This document shows, piece after piece, positions 48,921-61,515 of a stretch of DNA of 64,000 nt (position 1 is the stretch's first letter; every line of letters starts with the position of its first letter). The translations under genes were made by a program, and so were the position numbers. The DNA is taken from NCBI GenBank assembly GCA_965112735.1, contig OZ218959.1:2542001-2606000 (forward strand), written 5' to 3'. The notes under the pieces were generated by a model. That model saw only the letters and a list, made by a program, of their open reading frames with translations, searched no databases and was not told where the DNA came from. This DNA is from Phaeosaccion multiseriatum (lineage: Eukaryota; Protista; Ochrophyta, other classes).

Positions 48921-51900
48921 CTACAGAGCCTGCTGCTGCGCTCTCATCAGGGTCAAGATAAGATTCGCGCCGTTCCAACTTAGAGCTTTGTGATGAAGAT
49001 CGGCCTCCTGCCGACCCAAAATTTGGCCAAAAAGTTTGTCTGCGAGCGGGCTCGGCAGGTAGACTTCATGCAGAGGCTGCAGATCGTCAAAGAAGGACTG
49101 CAGGAAGAACCGCAGGGCAGGGAGCACATTCTTTGACGCGAGGAAAGCCTCCGTAGAGAGAATGGCAGGCCTGGGCCGTCCGGAGCTCTCGACAGCCAGC
49201 TGGAGTGTCTCTGGTGCGATGTTGAACGCTTCACAGGCAACGTTGTACACCATCGGTGCCGCCTCGCTGAGGCGGACGATGATCTGCGACACAACGTCAA
49301 CAGGGGTGGCGTTCATGGCGTGTGCAAGTACCTCGCCGTGTTTACTCGCTTGCTCAACGATGGACAGGAAGACGTCGCCGCGTCTCGGGGCAAAGCCTGT
49401 GGAGCGGTGTCCAGCCACGACGGGGACTCTGTACACACTGACGTCCATGCCGTTCTGCCCCGCCTGCGTGGCGAGCTTCTCTGCCACCCACTGGTAGGCA
49501 AGAGAGGCGATCAAAGGGTAAAGGGCAGAGAGAGGCCGGAAAAATTGACGTAAGATAGAACTGAGTTGAGCAGCGAGCTGACCGGGTGAGGAGGGAGAAT
49601 GTCAAAGAGGCAGCATTTAGAGGGAGAACGGCACACACACGCGAGAGGCAACAGCGAGTTCAGCACACTGTCTTACCTTGCTTTGGAAGTACCCGAGCTG
49701 CTTGCCAGATGCACGTCCTGTTGCCGGCACCACAGTCATGTCTCCCAAGGGTGCGTCGGCAGAGATGGTCCCGTCCTCGTTGGCCATGTCGGGGGTGATG
49801 ACAGCAATTGTGGAAACCATGTGCAGGGCTTTGAGAGAGTGCGTCGCTGCGAAACTCAGGATGTGAAGCGTCCCCAGCACGTTGGCAGGGAACAGTTCCG
49901 CATAGCTCTTGGCGTAGCTGATGAGAGCTGCCGAGTGGTAGATGCGAGTCACCGTGCGGGCCAGGCGCTGATACACTTCATCCGAGAGGCCGAGGGTTGG
50001 CAATGTGATGTTCCCCTTGTAGACCGCCAACCGGGCCCTTTCCGACGGGCGCAGCGTGATGTTGGCTTCCTTCAAGCCGAAGAGCACACGCTTCAGAGCG
50101 TCTTTATCGTCCGAAGCGCGAACGACGCAGTGCACAGTGGAGTGGGGGTGAGCCTGCAGCAAGTCCACCAGCAGATACCGCCCGAGGAAACCCGTGACGC
50201 CTGTGAGCATAATAGTAGGCTCCGCTGCGCTCTGGTTCGCTCCAGATGCTACCCGCGCCATGTCCTGTATCGTGGCGGCGATATCGCTGGGCAGATACGC
50301 GTCTTTCCACAGGTCTGGAGCTTCCCTCCTTCCCACAAGGTCAGTCTCGAATTCTCCTTCGTCAGCGCCGTTGCGACTGCTGGCTCTGCGCGACATACGC
50401 ACCGCGGGCACGCCTTCGAGCAGCACATCGTCCGTCTGCTGCAGGCCAGGAGGAATGAAAGTTCCAGGAGACACGCTGCAATGGCGGGGTAGCGATGCCG
50501 AGGCGGTAACGATGGACCCCGCCCCAACCGTCAACCTTTGCCCAACGACACAAGGCTCTCAAAGAGAAGGCTGCAAGAAGTGGTGCTTCGCTGCGCTTCC
50601 TTCTGGTCATCGCCGTCGACAACACGTGACGCTCTCCCTCCCTCCACGTGCACGAACCGCCGGCCGTCGAGCACGCAGTCACGGTCCACAACGCTCCCTG
50701 CACCCAAGCGGATCAAATCCAAGCCGGACAGGCCATTTGTTGCGAGCACCACCGCACCCTTGCCTACGTGCGCTCCCATGGCTCGAAGCCAAATGTTGTG
50801 TACCACTGTGCCGGCGAGGCAGTTGACACCACTCCCCCGGGCTGCTTGAGCAACGGTGGAGTGGAACAAGTCCATATGGAAGGCCACGCTCCCAACGCTC
50901 ATGTAGCAGCCTGAGAGAGCTCTCCCAGCGATGCACCACTTCGCCAGCACAGCCCATACAGCCATGGCCACGCTGAGTGACAAGACGACCAGTGGCGATA
51001 GGGCCAGAGCCGGCCACCTCCCCAGGAGAGCCACCGACCAAGTCGCCAAGAGGAGACTGGAATACACGCCGGTGAATTGCAGCATCAGCAAGGTAACAGG
51101 ACTCACGAGAGAGTATAGCGTAGCCCCCGCTCCAGCCAGCCAAGACTCACGTCCATCTCGATGCTGCTGCAGCTGCTGCTGCTGCCGCTGCTGCTCATCG
51201 TTCTGCCGCTTGTGAAGCTTGATGGGTGTCACCAAGCTGCCGTAGCGAAGGGTTCTCGGCCACACTTTGGACGAGAGTGACGCGGCGGAGGACGTGCTCG
51301 TCAGTGGGCCCACCATGGAAGCGTCGCCGAGCTCCGACCCCGGGCAGAGAGAGGAGCCTGGTGCGGTGACAGCGCATGTTCCCATCTTGACTGTCGTTGC
51401 TGCGTAGCCTTCCGCTCGAGTAGCAACGTTTCCCAACGCCACAGAGTGAGGCTCCAGCTCGAGCAAGGCGGGGTCCATCACAGGGGAAGGAGCGACCACT
51501 GTAGCCGTCCATGCGACGCGCGCCCCCAGGGCGCGAAGCCAGAGGACCATGCCGGAGCCGCCGGAGTGCAACGGCATGTAACGAGGGTACACTACTCGCA
51601 TCATCATGTCGATAGCATGGAGCCGCTCCTGTCTCTTTCCGCTGCTGCTGATTGCGGCAAGACCTCCAAGGCATCGTTTCAGAATTACACTCAGGAGGGT
51701 CATGCCGACACCCGCGACTGAGTAGGACAGGGCCAGAATCAGCATTGGTTTCACCAGGTACTGCTCCGTTGTCAGCTCCTTCATCGGACCAAGCGTGCCC
51801 ACAAAGCCCAGGGCGATGGGAAGCAGCGGCACAAGTGCCGGGTCGAATGTCGTGATGAGTGCCGCCACGAGGTAGCCCACGTCGAGAGAGCGATAGTCGG

Positions 51901-54900
51901 GCACATAGCGTCCGAGTTGAGGCACGTAGGTAAAGAGACCCCACGCCTCACTCAGCTCCCCAAAGACAAAGTACGCGGGTATACTCGCGGCCACCATGCA
52001 CAGAGCTGCTAGGGCGAACCCCAGCACGGTCATCATTGCATCGCGTACAATCACCGCCGCTGTTGCAGGCACATTCATCCTCAAGCCTGTGCCTGAGTCT
52101 GTCCCTGCCTCTGGACGAGAAGGGCTGTCAGGGCATGGCTTTGCCGGAGAGCCACTCCATGCTGTGCAGGCGGCGAGCGGGGCACTTCGTCCGCTGATCA
52201 CCGTTGACGGTCGCAACTGCACCAAGTCTCCCATAGTTGCTCCTCCAAACACTTGAGACGATGCACCAACCACGCAGTCTGCGCCAATGGTGATTTGTCG
52301 GAGCAGGAGGTGGCGGTCTTCAATCACCGCCGGCCGAAGGCGACAAAACTCCTCCACAGTGGTCTGCCGCCCCACACGCACCAAGTCGAACTCCGATATC
52401 GATGTCGAGTGCAGGCGGCACCCTGTGCCAATCTTCGCTCCGAGTGCGCGAAGCCACCACGTCCACACCACGCTCCCATGCAAGGGCAGTCGCTGCAACG
52501 CAAAGTCCGTCACGCGGTCCACAAAGAGCCAGCGGAAGTAGTACCCGCTATTGATGGGATAAGACCCCGCCCGGTACCTGCCGATGACCACCCATTTGGT
52601 CAGTGTTACCACGGCCATGAGCAGAAGGGCCCACGAGAGGAAGGCGAGAGGCACACAGGCCAGAGTGGTCCACCGGCCCCACTTGTCGAGCAGGATGGAG
52701 TCAAGGATGATCACACCGGGGAAGGCCGACAATGCGACCGCCAGTGAGCTGTACACCATCGCCGCAACCCCTGTGCAGAAGCTAGGGATGGTGGAGCAAG
52801 TGGCACCGCTGACCGTGTCGTCGTCTGTGTCCTTATCCTCCTCGAGAGCTCTACTGGTGCCGTCTTCCACAGCATCGGCGCCCATACCGGTGGTCTTACT
52901 CGTCGCTTGAGTGGGGAGGTGATCTGCCGCCTCTTTTGAAGGAAGCAACACCTCAATCACATGCTGAGCGATATCCTCCGGGGTCTGGTGCTCCATGAGC
53001 ATCGAAGGAGAGAGACTGTAGTCGACGCTCGCGGACAGACGATTGACAATCTCCACCCATGCCAGCGAATCGATGCCCACCTCGCTGAGAAGGGTGGTTT
53101 CTTTGACCTGAACGCCTTCCCCTCCCGCACAGTCCACCACGGCCTGCTTGACCTTGCGCACCACCACTGCTTGGCGAGCCTCTGGCGTCAGACTCAGCAA
53201 CTCCTGCCGCAGCTCCGAGGCTTCCGCTGGAGCATCCGACACTGAGTCCATTCCATCATGTGTCAACGTTGCCCTCTTCGGCAGAGGAAAGTCTCGTGAC
53301 GAGGGGAGCCCCTTCCAAGCGAGGTCAGCGCATCCCGCGGTATCTTGGTGTCGAGGCTTGTTGCTGTTGCTGTTGCTGTTGCCGTCGTTGCCATAGCTGC
53401 CCAGGATGACGTGGGCGTTGACTCCACCGACACCGTAGGAATTTACTCCTGCGAGCAGCGTCGAGCCATCGGAGCAGTAGGAGGAAAGGGGCGTCTTTCC
53501 GGTGGGCAGCGTGATGGGCCGGCCCTCCAGCTTCAGCAAGGGATTGACGCCCTGCAGGTGAAGATTGGGCGGGGCCTCTCGGTGCTGCACCACCAGGATG
53601 GCCTTGATGAGCTGAGCCATTCCCGACGCCCCCTCCATGTGGCCCAGGCTAGTCTTGACGGTGCCCACTACAAGGGGTGAGGTCTCTGGTCTGTTGGGGG
53701 TGAAAGCAGCCTTGAGAGCGCCTAATATTCACAACACGAAGTAGGAGGGAGGAAGGGAAAGAGAAATATAGAACATGGGAAGGAAAGAGTGAGGAGGGGA
53801 AGGAAGGAAGGAAGGAAGGAAGGAAGGAAGAAAGCAGGGAAGAAAGGAAGGAAGGAAGGAAAGGTAGGAAGGTGAGAAGAAAGAAACGAATGAAGCAAGG
53901 AAGGAAGGAGGGAAGGAAAGAGGGAAGCATTGCTTTACCTCTCTCGAGCCACCCCCGTTCACGACGACTGTTTCACAATGTGACTTCTCTACTCACCCAT
54001 TTCGATGGCATCGCCCATGAGGGTTCCCGTGGCGTGGGCCTCGACGTAGCTCACTTCTCTCCCCTCGCACCCTGCCTGCCGCAGGGCGCTCCTCGCCAAG
54101 CTCTCTTGGGCGGCTCCCTTGGGGGCGGACAGAGAACTGCTGACGCCGTTGTGGTTGACAGCCGCTGCCTTGATGACAGCGAGGATGTTGTCACCGTCCC
54201 TGATGGCGTCCGGCAGGCACTTGAGCACGACGGCGCCGCTGCCCTCGCTGCGCACGTAACCGTCAGCACCATCGTCAAAGGACTTGCAGCATCTGGAGTA
54301 AGAGACGAGACAAAAGACAAAAAGAGGAAGGGAGTCGTGAGGGGGCCTTTTCAAGCAACTTGTCACAAAGAAAGCAGAGAAAGAAGAAGGAAGAAACTTG
54401 TGGTAGGGAAGAACACAAGACGAGCATGAGCCGCAGGAAGGAGGACAAGACACTCACCCTTTCTTCGACAGTAGCCCCGCACTGGTCAGGCTCCCAAAAA
54501 CTTGGTGGTGGAGCAGCAGGTTGACTCCGCCAACGACGGCAGAGCCGCACTCCCTCAGTTTCAGGCTGTTGCAAGCATTCTTGAGGGCTACCAGCGCCGA
54601 CGGGCATGCCGCATCAACCGTTTCACATGGGCCAACTAGACCGAGCGTGTGCGAGATGCGGGCTGCGAAACACGCCCGACTTGAACCGGTAAGAGTGTAC
54701 GCGCCCGAAGCCCCGCCGCTCTCACGCACCAAGGCAGGCCAGTCCGTCCCTGCCGCTCCAATGAAGACGCCGACTCCGTGGCCTTCAAGCCTGTGCCTGC
54801 CCTCGTAGCCGGCTCTGTGCAGGGCCTCGTACGCCACTTCGAGCATGATGCGCTGGTTGGGGTCCTGGGCCTCCGCCTCGGCGACGGACATACCGAAGAA

Positions 54901-57900
54901 TGCATTGTCGAATGCTTCAACGCCATCGATGAAGCCACCTGCTCGCGCAGTAGAGGGGCAAGAGGGGGGGGTGGAGGTAGACCGCTGAGTAAGGTAAAGC
55001 GGGGCTGCAGTGCAAGTCTCCATGGGCGAAGCATAAAGGACACCACAATCATCTCAGCAGGCAGACTCCTTCTCCTCCTCCACCTCCTCCTCTCCGTTCT
55101 AATGCCTCGCTCTCCCTCCCCTCGCCTCTTCTCTCCTCCCACGCCCCCAACACACAGGCAGGCACTTTTATGGCAGCAAGGGTACCTCTCACTCCCGCTC
55201 CCAAGCCTCGCGCCAGCGGTGCATCGGAGATGCAGTCCTCCTCATTACACAGCTTGGCCCAGAGCTCCTCCACGCTGTTGCATCCACCCGGGAAGCGGCA
55301 GGCCATCCCAATGACGGCAATGTCGCCGCCACCGTCAGAAAGGACCCCAGGGGCAGAAGAAAGGCGCCCATCGACAGCAGCGTCGCCGTCGGTCTGTCTA
55401 AATACAATCGTCTCGAGATGGGCTGCCAGCAAGGCCGGTGTGGGGAAGTCAAAGAACGCCGTCACCTCCAGTTCGAAGTCCTCTCCTCCATCAGCGCTGC
55501 TATCCAAGAGGTCGTCCTCCAGCATTACGGCGACCTCCGCCATCGCGACGGACGACATACCTGCGTCCATGAAACGGTCGGTGGCGCGCAGGCCGTGGTT
55601 GCCAGACGCGTCTCTGGCAGACTCGACAAGACGCTCGAGGATGAGGGCCACTCGAGCAGCCTTGTCCATTGACTCCATAGCGTCCATCAAGCCCGTCGTC
55701 TCGACCGAAGTACGCCGAGAGAGCCCTGAGGTGGGGCCTCCAGTGCGAGGCGCAGCAGTAAGTACACCCGCGCCAGTACTGTGGAAGTCCTCATCGATTC
55801 GCTTTGCCAGCGCCACAGAGTAGGCGGCAGCACATTCCGTCAGCTCGAACGACATGACGGTGGAGTTTATGTAGAGGCCTCCGCTGCCCTGCATGCCCTC
55901 CAGTCTGGGGTACACTTTGGCCGCAATGTCCTCTACTCCAAAGTGGGGGAAGTACGGCCACTCAATGTAACGCACGAAGCGCGCCACCTTGCCCCCCAGT
56001 CGTACCATATCGGCAGCGATCATGGTCTCCGTCGTCTCGCGTGTGCCGTCCTCCGCCACGTAGGCTAGCAGCATCATGGTCTTCACCCCCCGCCTGGGCT
56101 GGAGAAAGCTCATACAGCATCCTCGCTGGGACCCGCTCTTGGTTGCCGATGGTACGCAACACCAATGCTCCTGCATGACATCGGGCACTTGCACCTCCAT
56201 CTCCGCCACTGCCGTTACGTAGCGAAGGTGACGCACTCGCTCGAAGATGCCCGATAGCGCCGCTGCAGATGCATTATCAGACGAATCCAGATACCTCATG
56301 GCGGCTACAGGGTCATGGGCCAGCACGACTCTGTCGAAGGCCATCCTCTCGCCGGACGCCAGAGAGACGTGGCATTTTCGCTCCAGCTCATCTGCGGGGT
56401 GCGCACTTTCATCGCCCACGCTGTACGGCTCCACCTTCACCACCTCACTGTTGAAGCGGCAGTCGCAGAGGGAAGCGGCTACACTCTCCCACAGTGCCAT
56501 GTATCCGCCTTTTACCATGGAGCGCGTGGAGTTGGCACCAACGGTGCTCATGTACTGTCAATTAAGGACATGGGTGGGAAGGGGGGCGAGAAAGCGGAGG
56601 AGGAATAGGCGTAAGTGGAAACATGTCTCTTTTGATAGAAGCGCTCAACGAGGGGGGGGGGTGGTAAGGCCCACACACGCACACAAACAAACACAAACAC
56701 GCGCGGCACACACGCACACACACGTACACACGTACACACGCACGCACACACACATGCATGGCTCACCTTCAGGAGGTAGGTAAGTGGTACATCGTCGTCG
56801 ACGTAGCCGTAGCCTGCAGCGCAGAAGGCGGGTGCGAAGGTGTCATTGTAGAAGCGCTGCATCTCCTCGTCCTGCTGCTCCAGCGCCTGCCGAATAGTCA
56901 AGGCCTCTCCCCGACGAGCGGCCACCGCCCCTGTAGACAGGAGTTTCTTGGTGAGGGCCCCCATTCGGATGCTGCACTGGTCTTGCTCCCCGTCCTCCTC
57001 TCCGGTCAGAGAGTGGGTCTCCAGATCGACGAAGACAGGGGGATAGTCGGGGACGAGGGAATGTCCGAAGCGCGTCGCGAGCGCCCGTATCCGCTCGTAA
57101 TGCTCAGGGAAGATCATGTGCCCCCCCAGGGGGACCACCACCTCGTTCCCGTCGGCGTCTGCGGCCTTGAAGGTCTCGCACATGCCGCTCGCGAAGGCCT
57201 GCTTCTCCAGCACGGTCACCAGGTAGCCTTTGTCCTGGAGCTCGCGAGCGATGGAGAGCCCACTGGGACCTGCTCCCACCACGCAGATTCTCCCCTGTCG
57301 GCCCACGGTGGCGGGTGGGTGGGCGCCTCCTGCCCCTTTCAGGACCTCGGCTTGGACGGAGCCAACACATCCTCCACCAGCGACAGGAGAGGCCTGTCGG
57401 TGCAACACATTTGTATTTGAGCCATAAAAAAAACGGTATCGGGGGTTCAGGTTTAAAAAAAAAACCTAGTGCTGGTAGAAAGGAGTTAAGTTTCGCACCT
57501 CTTCGAGGAGCTCCACCTCTTCACGCACGGCGTCCTCCGCAAGCTCGTGCACCATGCGCAGCTTGCCGGCATGGAGCGCCTGCCTCGTCGCCCGCCGTCG
57601 GATTTTGCCGCTTGTGGTCTTGGGGATGGTCTTCTGCTTGATGGCCACCACCCTGGCCGCTCTGAAGCCCAGACAGGACGAGAGCGCGGCTTGAGCGGCC
57701 TCCACCACTGCCTGGGCCTCGCCCTCTCGCTCCTGGCGGATCTCGAACACGACCTCCAGCACACCGTCCCCTCCCGTCTCGTCGGAGGAGAAGGCCGCAA
57801 TGCAGCCCTGCCGAATGGCGTCAGACGCCTCTTGCACGGCGAACTCGACGTCCTGCGGGTAGTGGTTGACCCCGTTGAAGATGATGAGGTCCTTGATGCG

Positions 57901-60470
57901 GCCGCAGATGTACAGCAAACCCTCCTCCACAAAGCCCACGTCGCCCGTCCGCAGGTACTGGCGAGGAGGCAAGCTGTCACTGCCCCCGGCCCCACCCTGG
58001 AGAGAGAGCTTCGCCTGGAACACCTCCTTCGACAGCTTGGGCTTGCCCCAGTACCCGGCGGCGACAGAGGGAGAGGAGACCCAGACCTCTCCCGTGGCTC
58101 CTGCTTCGCCGACCTCGGCCATGGTGTCGGGATTGACGATTCGAATGTCCATAAAGTCTGCTCTCTCGCTCGGGGAGCCGACGCTGGTGAGGTCGGGGCG
58201 AGAAGGCGATCGATCGAGGACAGTGGTCCAGGAGACTGGGGAAAGTGTGCAATGGGGTGGGGAAGGCGAGAGAACGAGTGAATTAGTCTTTGCATGGATT
58301 TCTACACTGAGAGAGAATGAAATGCACCACCGCCTGTCCCTTCGCCTGCACCCGGCCCCCCTTCTGTGCAGACTTCTTACCTAAAACCACGTGCTCAGCG
58401 AGCCCATACGCAGCCGAGAACCACCTTACAGTGCACAAGTCACAGAGAGCGAGGCACGTACAAGGGAGAGGTATGAGGTTAAAAACCATTCACCGGCCGA
58501 AAAAAGGGGGGAGCACGGAGGATGTCGTGACAGGTCTCTCGAGCTCAAGCGCAGTCACAGCTCCTGCCGCACACTCACTCACCCCTGCCGGAGGCCGAAA
58601 GGCAGGAAGGCCCCTTCGAACCTCTCCACCGTCTCCGCTCGGATTGGCTCGGCTCCCGACTGTAGCCTGACCACGCAAGACAGATCCAGCTTGGGCTCCT
58701 TGCGAGTGCCGCGCACCTTGGCCATGTAGCGGGCGCAGAGGGCGTAGGCAAAGTCGGGGGCGACGGACCACTCCACGCGGTGCCGAGAGACAAGCTCCAG
58801 CCACAGCAGGGGCCGCTTGATGAAGCTCACGGGGGACATGTAATGCATAGTCATGCCCGTCAGGAAGGGGGTGAGGAGGCCGAGTACGAGGCCCATGTCC
58901 TGAGAAGCAAGGAGAAAGTAAGCAGGGTAGTGAGTGGGGCGCGAGTGAGCAACAGCAAAAGGCAAGACGAGGCGCAATGGAGAGCAGAGGGGTGTCCGGT
59001 CGCACATCGTTTCTCCCCTTCCTCACGCTTGCTTGGCGCTTCGTTCCTGGCCGTCCGTTTCCACATTTCTCCTCCCTTCATGTGTCCTGCCTCTACTTCC
59101 TCGCTCCCTCGCTCGCTCACCTTCCCCCTATATACAAGTCAACTCACATGATACTGGGGCAACCACGAGAAGCCCGTGGTTGGCACATTATGGATCCGCT
59201 CACTTGGTGCAGCCCTCTGGGTACGACCGCTGCTGCTCGTCTCAGGCTGGTCTGATGGGGAGTCTCCAGCCTTGTGCGAGGGCCACAAGCGGTACATCCC
59301 CGTGGCGGGGTGGCAGCCGATGAGATACACATTGGCCATGAGCGCTCCGAAGGTTACCATGACGCCCTTGGGGTCGCCGGTGGAGCCGCTGGTGTACTGG
59401 AGGAAGGCCAGGTCCTCTTCGGCCACGCTCAGCTCATCGAAACTCCTTGCTGACGAGGAGGACGATGAGGAGGAGAAGAAGCTCTGGAACAGCCCCCCAT
59501 CTGTAGCCTTAAAGTCGAGGTCATCAGGCCACAGCTTGCGCGAGTCCGAGAGTGGATTGACCTTGTCCATATTGCGCAAAGTTGCGATGATGGAGTCGGT
59601 GAGGCACAGCATGGGCTTACAGTCCGCCACGATCTTGCTCATCTTGGGCAGTGACTTGGACAGCGGAGGAGCGGGCGGGTACACCATCACCGCCACCACG
59701 CCCGCTCTGAAGCAGCCCAGGAAGGCGGCGAAGAAATGCAGGCCCGGCCCGTAGCACAGCACCACCATGCCGCCCTTGGGCACCCCCCACTCCTCGCGCA
59801 GCATGTAGGCAATCTTGCCCGCCTGCGGAAGCAAGGGTTGGAAGAAGCAACGTTCGCATCTTGGGCTCATTATCCCAGAGTCTAGCTAGGAGTGCCGTTG
59901 GGGAGTAAGGTGCAAGACTACAGCACACCAGTAGCAGCTGAATCGGCATGAGAGAACAAGCAGGGGCATCAACACCTCCACGGAATGTTTGTTCGTTGCG
60001 TTGCTTACCTCATCCCACATGCGCCTGAAGCTGTACCTCTCCGCCTCTTTGCCCTTGCCATCGTACCAAAAGGCAAAGGGCTTGTCTTCGAGCTCACCAA
60101 CAACCTCGTGCGCCCTCCCCAGCAGCGGAGCGAGGGAAGAAGAGGCCGCGACTCCTGCGTCGATTCCGCCTCGTTGTCTGCCCGGAGAGATAACGGCTTC
60201 TTCCTCCTTTTCGTCGCCTGCTGATGAGTCTTGGTCCCGCAAGAACGGCATAACCCCCCCCATTTGAACTCCTCTACGACGGCCTTCCTCGCCCCTGGAA
60301 TCTTCATTTCCATTCTTTGCGTGGCTGGGTAGTAGGAGAGGAGGCTTCGTCTTCTGGTCATCCCCTTTGCCTGCTGCTGCGGCGGCTGCTGCGGCGGCTG
60401 CTGCTGCCGCTGCTGTTGTCTCCCCGGGCGTCACGCCCCCCAGAGCATCGTCCCCTCCTCCACTATCCAT
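48921..60470 (-). CDS. Hybrid FAAL/PKS/NRPS-like megasynthase: FAAL-FAD oxidoreductase-ACP-KS-ACP-Pls-type TM/LbH repeats-thioester reductase (11 exons; one frameshift at ~50533)
   Basis: FAAL: LAFLQYTSGSTGDPKG, SWLPQYH|DMGL, YGLAE, RTGD, IPKTTSGKIRR. FAD: GAGPSG. ACPs: AGMSS, VGIDSL. KS: DAAC, EAHATGT, LGHMEGASG. Pls-like: KWVVIGRYRAGSYP..WLRALGAKIG. Reductase: LTGVTGFLG, GYFQSK|WVAE. Confidence 0.9.
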
Positions 60471-61464
60471 CCCCACTTTTCGTTCGCCTCAAGCAGCACC
60501 TCCAGCAAACTGCAGTCAAAGTCTGGCCTGTACTAAACAAGGTCATACAAAGGGCGAGCGTAGATTGACCACGCAGGCGCACACCATTTTGGACGCAAAA
60601 TGAAGAGTCGTGCCACAACTAAGCACGCAGGTAAGGCTCAAGGCCGCCCAATCTAACGAAAAATTTGCCGCGAAAATCGAAATTCCGTTTTTGTATTTTG
60701 TTTCACCTTGTAACCGCCACGAGCTTGCCAGCGGGGGCGCTCTCTACGTGTGTCCATCATGAGAGCTGTCGTAAACGTCACCGGTGCAAATAAAGCAAGT
60801 CAGCTGTTCACCCCCTGACATTCTCGATAGCGGATAGCGCGCCGGCGATAGCGGATAGCGGATAGTGTATCAGGGGTTGAAGTTGTCTCCACACAAACAA
60901 AAAAAGAGAAAGAGTGTGTGTCAAGGGACGTGATACCCCTTCTCAATCCTGTTCTTAGGACTATCGCTTACTTCAACCTCTTCCGCGGGAAGATTTATGC
61001 TCCCTCGCTCACTCACACTGCCCCACTTACTCAATTACATAATCACTCGCTCACTCCGCTCATCACTCTCTCACGCACGCATGTACTCACTCACTCACTC
61101 ACTCACTCCCGCATGCTTACAAAGGAGGAACAAGTGGGGACTCATAAGGCCGGCATGGGGTATAGGGCCAAGCAATCTGCTCTCCCCTTTGTAAGCTGCT
61201 GCTGTATCATGTACCGCGGGTACTTGAGTAGTTAAAAACTGATCTTACAATTGTATGTACAGGGTGTCCTTAGGAGCCGTCTGTTCCATGTGCCACCTAA
61301 CACATTTCCTCCTTCCCCGGCTCCTCTCATGGCTCTTCCTCTTCCTCGGGCTCGGGCCCGGGCTCTTCCTCTGGCTCAGACTGTGTTCCGGACAGGGTGT
61401 TCATAGAAGTCACCCTATCTTCTCCGCTCCAAGGAGGTGGGGTGCCACGCAGTCTACTAATACA

Positions 61465-61484
61465 CTACTCCTCCTCTTCCTCTG

Positions 61485-61515
<31 letters not shown>

